Shown here in pieces: positions 16,888 to 25,244 of a DNA stretch of 25,345 nt (positions are counted from its first letter, which is position 1; each line of letters opens with the position of its first letter). The DNA lies in IMG/VR virus record IMGVR_UViG_3300014204_000149, positions 62,001 through 87,345 of that record, one strand, 5' to 3'. Made by a program: the position numbers and the translations under genes. The DNA comes from an uncultured virus (IMG/VR IMGVR_UViG_3300014204_000149) (lineage: Duplodnaviria > Heunggongvirae > Uroviricota > Caudoviricetes). Below the pieces are notes generated by a model. That model saw nothing but the letters and a program-made list of their open reading frames with translations. It did no database searches and was not told the DNA's origin.

Positions 16888-17143
16888 AATTATAAAGGCA
16901 ATACAGTGGACAGGTAAGAATTTAGAAGAGATTCAAAAATTCTGTCCGACAATAATTGATATGGGTTTTATCCCAAATGATTACAATGAAATTTATGCCT
17001 GGCCTCTCTGCATATATTACCCACCTAAAAAAGAAATTTTTAATATTGGGGATTACGTAGTTCAAACCTATGCTGAGGGTTTTATTTCTCTTCCGGCAGG
17101 GCTTTATGAATTTTATCTTCAACAACAAGGACAATACAAATGA
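16874..17143 (+). CDS. Hypothetical phage protein ('AIQWTG.N..EI' type)
   Basis: 'IKAIQWTGKNLEEI...IGDYVV...EGF' resembles a common small phage family; second Met chosen as start. Confidence 0.65.
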   Translation: MKHFRIIKAIQWTGKNLEEIQKFCPTIIDMGFIPNDYNEIYAWPLCIYYPPKKEIFNIGDYVVQTYAEGFISLPAGLYEFYLQQQGQYK

Positions 17144-17313
17144 AAAAGAATCAGACAGTTGTAGTCACAGTAAATAAACTCTTTAGCTACTGTAAACTAG
17201 GTGATGTGTTTATTATTGATAAGAACGGTGGTATTTCTACACATTGCTGGAAAGTTTCTAAAGCTAGGGTAGAACGAGCCAAGAGATTAGGGTATTTAAA
17301 GGAGATATTATGA
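17140..17313 (+). CDS. Small basic hypothetical protein
   Basis: Read by hand: MKKNQTVVVTVNKLFSYCKLGDVFIIDKNGG...LKEIL; ATGA overlaps at both ends. Confidence 0.55.
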   Translation: MKKNQTVVVTVNKLFSYCKLGDVFIIDKNGGISTHCWKVSKARVERAKRLGYLKEIL

Positions 17314-17549
17314 TTAAAACCAAGTATAAAACTATTGCCGTTGATAAAGTAAGTCCCTTCGATTGCCTTAAAAAATTGACAAATCTTTGGGAAATAACTT
17401 CACTAGAAAGAGACTGTGTTGGATGGGCTGACTATAATAACAGGTCTAAAAAATACTATTTTGAAACCAATGCTTCTAGTGTATGGTCTATAGAAAATTT
17501 AACCGAAATAGTACACGTACTTAAAAAATTACAATCACAAAAGGATTAA
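17310..17549 (+). CDS. Small hypothetical protein, paralog family A
   Basis: AAGGAG SD; pattern shared with 16031 and 17551. Confidence 0.7.
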   Translation: MIKTKYKTIAVDKVSPFDCLKKLTNLWEITSLERDCVGWADYNNRSKKYYFETNASSVWSIENLTEIVHVLKKLQSQKD

Positions 17550-17550
17550 C

Positions 17551-17775
17551 ATGGCTCGAATATATCTTAAAACCGTTACAGTTACAAAAATTAAGGAACC
17601 AAATGTATATCTTATTCAATCCATTAAATCCGGCCAAAACTGCGGTATTATCCGTTGGGCCGACATTTCTAAAGAATGGATTTTTGAACCCTCTTCTAGT
17701 CTTGCAACAGTATGGACAGAAGACGCTCTAGAAGACATTCTAATGATAATTGACCAACTTAAATCATATGTTTAA
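17551..17775 (+). CDS. Small hypothetical protein, paralog family A
   Basis: AAGGA SD; 'VYLIQSIKSG..CGIIRW.....WIFEP....VW...ALEDI..II..L'. Confidence 0.7.
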   Translation: MARIYLKTVTVTKIKEPNVYLIQSIKSGQNCGIIRWADISKEWIFEPSSSLATVWTEDALEDILMIIDQLKSYV

Positions 17776-18325
17776 AAAATTCTTTTGTTGGTTATTTTAT
17801 CATCAAGTATGTAAGACTTCTTTTAAACTATCTTCTTATTGGGGCTGGTGTTGCTGCCCTCATTACTGTAATGAAAATCACTAAATGTGTTCCCATAGTT
17901 CTACTTTCTAAATGTTCTTCTTGTACTAGATACTCGAAGAAACCTACCCTCTTATCTACTAATTTCTCCACTTGTTGTAAAACCCACCGCTTTGCCTTTT
18001 ATATCAAAAAACCTTCAAAATAGCCCCTCTTAGCCCCGCTTTCTAAAAACAGCATAGTTGCCTAGATTTTTAAAGAAAATAGAGCTGTGGTGGCAAAAAG
18101 ACAAGAAAACAGGCAATTTTTTGGCCATATCCAAGAGATTGCCGTATAATAGTAAAGATAGGTGAAACCGAACCCTCGAGGAACGAGCAGGGTGAGGTTG
18201 TCAACGAAAAACCCGCTCTTGTTTACATTTAAGGCAACAAATGATAATATAGATTTTCTTATTATCAAATGACTACTAAAAGCTTAATTGCTTTACACAA
18301 ACATAATAATAACTAATATAGTATA

Positions 18326-18365
18326 CAATAAAAGAACCCTCTCCTCAATTAAGAAGAAAGGGCTC
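18326..18365 (-). terminator. Rho-independent terminator of the minus-strand virion operon
   Basis: Minus-strand RNA GAGCCCUUUCUUC-UUAAUU-GAGGAGAGGGUUC forms 13 bp only through G-U pairs on this strand, then UUUUAUU; 33 nt after the 18399 stop. Confidence 0.85.
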
Positions 18366-18398
18366 ATATGCTCTCACAGGAGCATTAAGTTTATTAAC

Positions 18399-18986
18399 CT
18401 ATTTTAATTCTGGCGGGACTTCATCAAATTGACGATAGTGAGCGGATAGATGATTATAAACAGGTTTTCTATCTTCATCAGGAATCTTAACCTCTTCCCT
18501 GGCTCCATTAAGAGCTGCCATAGCTGCAACCACTCCATGCCAAACTGTCTTTAGTGTTCCATCTTCAACAGTATGGTGTGGGAGTTTATAAGAACCGAAA
18601 TTTTCTCTATCGGTCTCATCGTACCAGCCAAAGCCCATCTTATATTTTGACCAGTTAATCTTATCCTTATCTCCAGTACCATCAGCAGAAGCCCATTTTC
18701 TAAGTTCAGTTACAGCTGCCGTTCCATCCCAAGCCTTGTCTTTATCAGCCTTGGCCGGATTATGTACCGCAACTGCACCCCTATTCTCAATGTAGGGTTT
18801 TCGCTCCTTTACCAATTTTGAAAAAAATGTTTTACTTGTGTCGTTTTCCATCTGTTTCTTTCCTCCTGTAGTATTACCTTCTTGGTCAATAACCGTCCCA
18901 CAATTAGGACACTTAACTCCACCCATTGTAACCTCAGCTAATTTTGTATCATCAAATTCGTAATCACAAACTTTACATTTTATCAT
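18399..18986 (-). CDS. Zn-ribbon fused to a head-associated domain ('YKLPHH...VWHGVVAAMAAL.GAR...HLSAHY')
   Basis: 'CKVC...CPNC' then a domain I recall from phage prohead-protease/head proteins; start moved to Met14 of the tracked ORF to avoid the overlap. Confidence 0.7.
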   Translation of the reverse strand: MIKCKVCDYEFDDTKLAEVTMGGVKCPNCGTVIDQEGNTTGGKKQMENDTSKTFFSKLVKERKPYIENRGAVAVHNPAKADKDKAWDGTAAVTELRKWASADGTGDKDKINWSKYKMGFGWYDETDRENFGSYKLPHHTVEDGTLKTVWHGVVAAMAALNGAREEVKIPDEDRKPVYNHLSAHYRQFDEVPPELK

Positions 18987-18993
18987 TATTCGC

Positions 18994-21483
18994 CTATACC
19001 CTCTTGTATAAAGAGTCCTGTTCAACTAAACCAGCTTTAACTAAAGACTCATTAGCATTTCTACTGCGCTCTCTTAAAATATCAAAGAAAGGTAAATCCG
19101 CATAAACCCTATTAGATAGATTTAAAGTTGTAATTTTATTAACGACATCAAACTCTAACTCATAAATAATAAGGTTACTGGCCTCTGCACTTGGAAGACT
19201 TGTATTAGTAATTGATACTTTATCAAGTAATTTTAAACTAGTATCTAAACCTATAATGCTTAATAACCCACCATAGACAGGCTTAAAATATTCCTTTAAT
19301 AAAGATAGGTATTGCTGCATTAGAGCAGTATCATCAATAGTAATTGTAGAGGCTGTTACTTTTTTAAACTCTGGTCTATTAATTACCACTGTACCTCCAG
19401 GTAATCCAGTATCAATATAAACCTGTAAAGGATTGTTAGAACGTGTTGCATATCTAGCCAACATAAAAGTTTTTCCGTTATAATCTAGCGTAGAATCATT
19501 AATATAAATAAAGCTATCTCCTGGAGCAGTTGATAATTGTGTAATACTTAACTTCTTTTGAAAATCAATAGGAAAAGTTAAATGTACCCCACCAACAACA
19601 TACTCACCCTCTCTACCAGTAATCTCTACCTCTGGGCCACTTTGAGGATTGCTGATTAATCTATCAATTAAAGGGTCTTGGGTTCTAAAAATAAACTCTC
19701 TTGTAGTATCGTGATAAGTTAATTTTACTTTATGTTCTGTAAGTTCAAAATCCCCTGTTAGTATAATGCGTGACCTTGACCGCTCAGTATCTACAATGGG
19801 AGAAAAACTTTTTACAACATTTGTTCCGACTGCCTCTCCCTCCGTTGGTATTCTGAAAGATTTTACCAAAGAACCCCCATCCGTAGAACAAATATTTAAT
19901 AATCCATTTCTATCTACATAATAAATATATTTTCCAAACATTTTAATAGCCCACTCTAAAACAGAATCTAAAGGTTCATAAACCCAATTTACAGGCTGCG
20001 AGGTGATTGCTGGCAAATCTACCACCGCATTGGGTACACCCGCAGAATTTAAAATTGACTTTAAAATTTCTCCATAAGTTTTTACAGCTGTATTGCTATC
20101 AACCGCTGGCGGTCTATAAATAAAATAGCTGGGAGATACAAATTGCGATAAATACCCCACCAAATCTTTGCACTCATAAGTAATCTTCTGGTCATCTGAA
20201 GTGAGTTCTCTAGAATAACTACTTACATAACCACAAAAACAAGGCTGATAAGGATTAGTGGAATCTAGAATATAAATAAATAATTTTTCGCCAACGGTTA
20301 AAGAAGGAGTAGCATCAAATTTAACATGTTCTACCAAAGTCGCCGTACTTCCCTCACAACTAAGACGAACCTTATCCACAAAGAATATAGCTGAGTTAGG
20401 AAACACACCAGACTCAGAAACAATACCACCCCCAGCATTATAAAAACTGGAATAATTTGACCCCGATAAATAAACAGAATCAAAAGGTAGAACAGAATTT
20501 CCATATTCTGTTTCTGTCTCGTTTAAACCTTGACCAGTAGAACCGTTTCCTGTAGTGACAGCATCATCATTAGCGGAATCATCTTCTTGCTTAATTGCTT
20601 CTGGGTCTTTATAATCTCTTTTAGGTGTTTCACCAACAGCAGGTAAATTAATAAAATAAACAGTTAAATACATTGGAATTGTTCTTGTATCAGATGCACT
20701 ACCACCCCCACTACCTAAAGATTGAACATCGGTAGTAAATGTAGAATTAGGACTAGACCCCTGTAAAATAGTCTTATTATAATCCACAACAGCATAAGTC
20801 TTATATACTGAATTTGTAACTTTTTCAGTAGTTTCATATTGAATTGTTGTTTCAGTATCTGCAAAATTAACAGGAGCAGAAATATTTGAAACTTGTGGGT
20901 CATAGGAGGTATACTGTGCTTGTAAACTTGCTAAATCAACATACCCCTCCTTAACTAAATCAATAGCATTAACACCATTAATATCTGTAAATTCAGCATC
21001 ACCTATCTGGCATAATTTATTAGAGTAAGCTTGATTTACTCGCTCCATTGTCTTACCCCAATCAATCTCAAAAGTAGAATCAGTTAAGTGACTCTTTAAT
21101 GTTGAGGTATAAATCATTCCATGTGCTTCACCATGTGGAGGAATAGCTGTAGAAGCATCAACCCACTGAGCACCAGTAGCCAATCTAGGAGCAGAATTTG
21201 CACCTAAACTTAAAGACCTACCCAAAGTCGCATTTCCACCATCAACCCAAGCGCCTACAGATGAAGTAGAATAGGGAGAAAACCAAGCACTACCTGGAGG
21301 AATTGTTTGACCAGCAGGATTACTCGGGTCACCATATGGAAACAGAGCCACAGAGTTTTGCCACTCAAAGCCTGCTCCGGCCATTCCATAAGATTCTTTA
21401 GTCAAAGGCCTCCAAGTAATAGGTATAGTAACAGACTCAACTATAGCAAATACTGTATTTTTATCATTTAAAGGGATATTCAT
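18994..21483 (-). CDS. Tail tip / baseplate hub-like virion protein
   Basis: 'FCGYVSSYSREL....KITYECKDLVGYL', 'YYVDRNGLL', C-terminal 'LKLLDKVSI...I.ELEFD....TTLNL' hub-like pattern; Ser/Thr-rich. Confidence 0.7.
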   Translation of the reverse strand: MNIPLNDKNTVFAIVESVTIPITWRPLTKESYGMAGAGFEWQNSVALFPYGDPSNPAGQTIPPGSAWFSPYSTSSVGAWVDGGNATLGRSLSLGANSAPRLATGAQWVDASTAIPPHGEAHGMIYTSTLKSHLTDSTFEIDWGKTMERVNQAYSNKLCQIGDAEFTDINGVNAIDLVKEGYVDLASLQAQYTSYDPQVSNISAPVNFADTETTIQYETTEKVTNSVYKTYAVVDYNKTILQGSSPNSTFTTDVQSLGSGGGSASDTRTIPMYLTVYFINLPAVGETPKRDYKDPEAIKQEDDSANDDAVTTGNGSTGQGLNETETEYGNSVLPFDSVYLSGSNYSSFYNAGGGIVSESGVFPNSAIFFVDKVRLSCEGSTATLVEHVKFDATPSLTVGEKLFIYILDSTNPYQPCFCGYVSSYSRELTSDDQKITYECKDLVGYLSQFVSPSYFIYRPPAVDSNTAVKTYGEILKSILNSAGVPNAVVDLPAITSQPVNWVYEPLDSVLEWAIKMFGKYIYYVDRNGLLNICSTDGGSLVKSFRIPTEGEAVGTNVVKSFSPIVDTERSRSRIILTGDFELTEHKVKLTYHDTTREFIFRTQDPLIDRLISNPQSGPEVEITGREGEYVVGGVHLTFPIDFQKKLSITQLSTAPGDSFIYINDSTLDYNGKTFMLARYATRSNNPLQVYIDTGLPGGTVVINRPEFKKVTASTITIDDTALMQQYLSLLKEYFKPVYGGLLSIIGLDTSLKLLDKVSITNTSLPSAEASNLIIYELEFDVVNKITTLNLSNRVYADLPFFDILRERSRNANESLVKAGLVEQDSLYKRV

Positions 21484-24400
21484 TGTGACTCCTCATCCGT
21501 AATCACTGTGTAAGTTAAACTTGTTTCAGCATGAATTTGGCCTGGTAAAATTGTATTACCTAAAGAATCCGTAACAACTAGAGTACGCCAAACATTATAA
21601 TAGGTCTGTATATAGCTAAAGTTAAATGAACGGGTTCTTCCTGACATATCTTCAAAAGTAATAATAAACTCTGCATCTTCGGTTAAATTTAATGTATAAC
21701 TTGTAGGTTCAAAAATTAAAGCTGCCTCTTCCTCAACTATAAAAATTGCACCATTTATTACCATAACAGTCCCCTCTATAATAGGAACAAAATCTAAAAA
21801 TTGTTCCGTAATTTTTCTGGACTGTAATTCTAACACACCTGTTGAAGTGTTTAAACCAAAAGCAATAACTATTTTTCCATCTCGGGTAACAAAAGATGTG
21901 ATAGACAAAGAAGCAGCAGTAAAAGAATAAATTTCCCCTTGATAATATAAAGTTCCAGCTGCGACATTTAAAGCTGTTAAACCACTAAAAGCAGGAGCAG
22001 CAAAACCATCAATCATTGTCGGAGCTACAGTAGAATATAATTCTGTATCTTTATAAATTTTTATATTTGCAAAAGGAATATCGTCTGTATAATAAAATTT
22101 AAAAGCCGTCCCGTCAAAAACAGCAGAACAAGCCAAGAGTTCAGCAGAATAAACTACCGTAAAAGTTTCATCAAAATAAGAAGAAGATTGATAACATCTA
22201 ACTATAATAGTTTTAATCCCTGATGTCTGTCCCGTAAAATCTATAGTAACAAAACTAGATGTAAAAGCATCGAGTACCGACCAAGTAGCACCCCCGTCAA
22301 AACTATACTGATAATAATTTAAAGGAATGAAAGAAAATAAAGGCTTTTCAGTTTCCATTACAGTTGTTTTTTCTAACATCTCAACTTCATAAATTCCGGC
22401 ATAACTTGTAGAGGCATAATTATCCAACACAGTTAAACGATAATGCAAATAAGAGGTTGGATTATCAAAATCAAAAGTTTGAACTCCCGTTGAATCTGTT
22501 AATATATCACCAGTAACATAAGTCCAATCGGTATCATCTGTAATAACTGGTGTAACTTCATTAGAACCAGATAAAATCCAACGCTTTACCGTACTATGAC
22601 TGCTCACTATAAAAGGATTAATAGTAATACGTTCAATTTGTTTTGTTGCTAAAAATGAATAAGATAAATAAGCTAAAGCAGCAGTGGATTTCCAATATGT
22701 TGCAGCATTATTATCGAAAGCTTTTGCAGCCTCATAACCACTAACCTCAGTACTTGCTGCTGCTGTACCCCCTGTAGCTAAATCACTGCCATATGTAGAG
22801 GAGTCTACTGTGGCTGCTACATATTCTGGAACATCTACCACATATGTTTTAAAAGTAGGCGTTAAATCTAAAACATGTTTATCCAACTTCAAATCTTGAA
22901 TAATAATTCTTAAAGAGATTGGTAAATCAGTTGTTGGAGTAATCTTTAATCTATTATTATAATAAATACCATTTTCAATCACATAAGTTAAAGGAACCTC
23001 AGTACCATTAACTATAGCCTTAGCAGAGATAATTGAACTAATAGGTTGATTAAACTCAATAGTCCAATAATCAGCAGATAAAAATAGATAGTTTGAATCT
23101 ATTCCCTTAATTAGCTTTGTTCCAAAATAATTTTCGTAAAACAGTTTGTCTAATTTATAAGGAAATGTCATTAAATAAGCATCAACTTTTAACTCTGTCG
23201 CACCTGTAGCTACCTCGGTAACCTCCACAGAAAATGTTTCAGTGGGGTGCATAACATCATCAACTGTAAAGTATTCTATATAGGTTCCGGCCAAACCAGT
23301 AGCCACTAAAGTTTTTGTTGCTCTTAATGTTCCCCCAGCATAAATTTTTACTGTCGTTTGTCCACTACTACCCGTATTCTTTAAAGATAATGTAAATCCT
23401 ATGGGACAACCTGAGACTAAAATAGGGGTGTCACTAGTTCTTACAGAAGGTGTATCAAAAACAAAAGGATAATTAACTAAATTAGGAACAAATTGGGCTC
23501 CCATTGACGCTTTCCATTCCAAAGAAGGAGTCAATTGCTGCACACCCATTGTTGACCACTGTAAAGCAGGATTGAGTTGCTGTTTTTGAAATGCAGACCA
23601 AGATAACTGTGGTGTTAATTGAACAACAGTAGCACTAATAGTTGTTGTTTCAAAATTGTCTAAATAAAAAATATTATCTGCATCTGCATTAACTACCTCA
23701 ACAATAAAATTTGCAATAGCGTTTTTATCTGCATCTGCAATAGCAGAAATATCCCATGTAATCGTCTGTTTCGTGTTTGGCGTTGTCACATTCGGAGTAA
23801 TATCAAACGAGGAGGCTTGTGAACTGGTTAAATAACGAATTACTACAATGCCGGAACCACCATTACGCCCTGCATGACTATTCGTCTCACCACCTGCGCC
23901 ACCACCAGTGTTAGCTGTACCATTGGTTGCATCACCAGACACACCATTACCCCTACCACCACCGCCTAGACCACCCGTTGAATTTGCATAGCTACCACCC
24001 TGACTTCCACCACCTCCACCACCACCATAATATACGTCAACACCTTCCTGAACTATATCAAAAGGAAGACCATCACCACCATTACCACCATAAGAAGTCG
24101 TACCAATATCCCCAACTTCTGATGCACCACCACCACCGCCAGAACCATGAGCCCCAGACTGTGCTGCGCCAGTTCCACCATCATAACCTTGGCGAGGAGA
24201 AATATAATCAGCATCACCACCTACGCCCGCCCCATAACAACCACTGCCTCCAGAACCACCAGGGCCACCCGCAGCAGCAGAGCCACCACCACCTGCACCG
24301 TAGCCACCACCAATAGCGGTTAAACCATCGAAAGAAGAATTTCCACCCTGATTACCGTGACCACTAGATGTTGCGCCTAAACCACCAGCTCCAACGACAA

Positions 24401-24713
24401 TACTGTAGGCTTGAACAGTAACAGCATGGGTTGTATCATAAATAACACCCCCACCACCACCTGCCCCGCCAGCTCCATCGTGATAACCACCCCCACCACC
24501 ACCTGCTACAATTAAAACATCAACATCACCTGCTTTTGCAGGAGTAAATGTACCATCGGATAAGAAAGTATGAACTGTATAAAGACCATCTGTGGTTATA
24601 ACACCACCAGTAGCTGGAGCGCTCTGTAAAATAAACTTTAAATTAGAGCCTGTTCGACTAGACCATAAGTCAAATTTTAATGCTATTATTCCTGTTAAGT
24701 CTTTTATAGCCAT
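21480..24713 (-). CDS. Large tail/receptor-binding protein: Gly-rich domain, beta-sandwich fragments, discoidin (F5/8 type C)-like domain
   Basis: Gly-rich module 'VHTF..DGTF....DVLIVAGGGGG...GGSGIVVIRY'; 'DLATGGTA.AS......AAKAFDNN..TYW...Y.HYRL' discoidin-like region (~22370-22790). Confidence 0.8.
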   Translation of the reverse strand: MAIKDLTGIIALKFDLWSSRTGSNLKFILQSAPATGGVITTDGLYTVHTFLSDGTFTPAKAGDVDVLIVAGGGGGGYHDGAGGAGGGGGVIYDTTHAVTVQAYSIVVGAGGLGATSSGHGNQGGNSSFDGLTAIGGGYGAGGGGSAAAGGPGGSGGSGCYGAGVGGDADYISPRQGYDGGTGAAQSGAHGSGGGGGASEVGDIGTTSYGGNGGDGLPFDIVQEGVDVYYGGGGGGGSQGGSYANSTGGLGGGGRGNGVSGDATNGTANTGGGAGGETNSHAGRNGGSGIVVIRYLTSSQASSFDITPNVTTPNTKQTITWDISAIADADKNAIANFIVEVVNADADNIFYLDNFETTTISATVVQLTPQLSWSAFQKQQLNPALQWSTMGVQQLTPSLEWKASMGAQFVPNLVNYPFVFDTPSVRTSDTPILVSGCPIGFTLSLKNTGSSGQTTVKIYAGGTLRATKTLVATGLAGTYIEYFTVDDVMHPTETFSVEVTEVATGATELKVDAYLMTFPYKLDKLFYENYFGTKLIKGIDSNYLFLSADYWTIEFNQPISSIISAKAIVNGTEVPLTYVIENGIYYNNRLKITPTTDLPISLRIIIQDLKLDKHVLDLTPTFKTYVVDVPEYVAATVDSSTYGSDLATGGTAAASTEVSGYEAAKAFDNNAATYWKSTAALAYLSYSFLATKQIERITINPFIVSSHSTVKRWILSGSNEVTPVITDDTDWTYVTGDILTDSTGVQTFDFDNPTSYLHYRLTVLDNYASTSYAGIYEVEMLEKTTVMETEKPLFSFIPLNYYQYSFDGGATWSVLDAFTSSFVTIDFTGQTSGIKTIIVRCYQSSSYFDETFTVVYSAELLACSAVFDGTAFKFYYTDDIPFANIKIYKDTELYSTVAPTMIDGFAAPAFSGLTALNVAAGTLYYQGEIYSFTAASLSITSFVTRDGKIVIAFGLNTSTGVLELQSRKITEQFLDFVPIIEGTVMVINGAIFIVEEEAALIFEPTSYTLNLTEDAEFIITFEDMSGRTRSFNFSYIQTYYNVWRTLVVTDSLGNTILPGQIHAETSLTYTVITDEESQ

Positions 24714-25244
24714 TAGAATGTCTTTGTTAATCTTTGGTTTAAACTAACTGTTTGTAAAGCTGTACATTTAATAGAATATGAACCTTGGGATTTGGTAGTA
24801 CTTTCTGATGCTACACTTATAGAAGCCTGAGAACTGGTTAAATAACGAATTACTACAATGCCGGAACCACCACCACCACCAGCTCCATTTCCACCAGCTC
24901 CACCTCCACCACCACCGCCTGTATTTGCTAAACCAGAAACTCCCGCACCGCCAGAGGTGGCATTACCATTACCACCACCGCCTAAACCACCCGCACCAGC
25001 AACAGTTGAAGCAGGAGCATAACCACCCCCACCACCTCCACCACCGTAATAAACATTTGTTCCTTCCAAAACTATATCGTAAGCTACACCATCACCACCA
25101 TTACCAGACTGTCCAGCAACACCGTTGTCACCAACCTCTGATGCACCACCACCACCGCCAGTAGGAAAGGCGTTACTACCTGAATAAGTCCCAGACCCAC
25201 CATCATAACCTTGGCGAGGAGAAATATAATCAGCATCACCACCT
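23821..25244. repeat. Duplicated Gly-rich cassette with three nucleotide-identical blocks
   Basis: 23821-23862 = 24831-24872 (42 bp); 24118-24142 = 25137-25161 (25 bp); 24175-24222 = 25197-25244 (48 bp). Confidence 0.9.

Noticed and set aside
4262..17555. AGGATTAACATGGC repeated at 4262 and 17542
   Set aside because: Explained by a shared SD-stop-start context.
18161..18220. SRP RNA, hammerhead or c-di-GMP riboswitch
   Set aside because: Only fragments (GGAA, AGCAG, GAAAC) match; the required cores are missing.
18242..18267. Fur box
   Set aside because: TGATAAT/ATTATCA half-sites are 12 nt apart rather than the 7-1-7 spacing.
23927..25164. His-rich + strand ORFs (23927-24316, 24925-25164)
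   Set aside because: Antisense shadows of GGT glycine codons.
23821..25244. DGR template/variable repeat pair
   Set aside because: Differences include indels and non-adenine changes, both copies are coding, and no reverse transcriptase is in the window.
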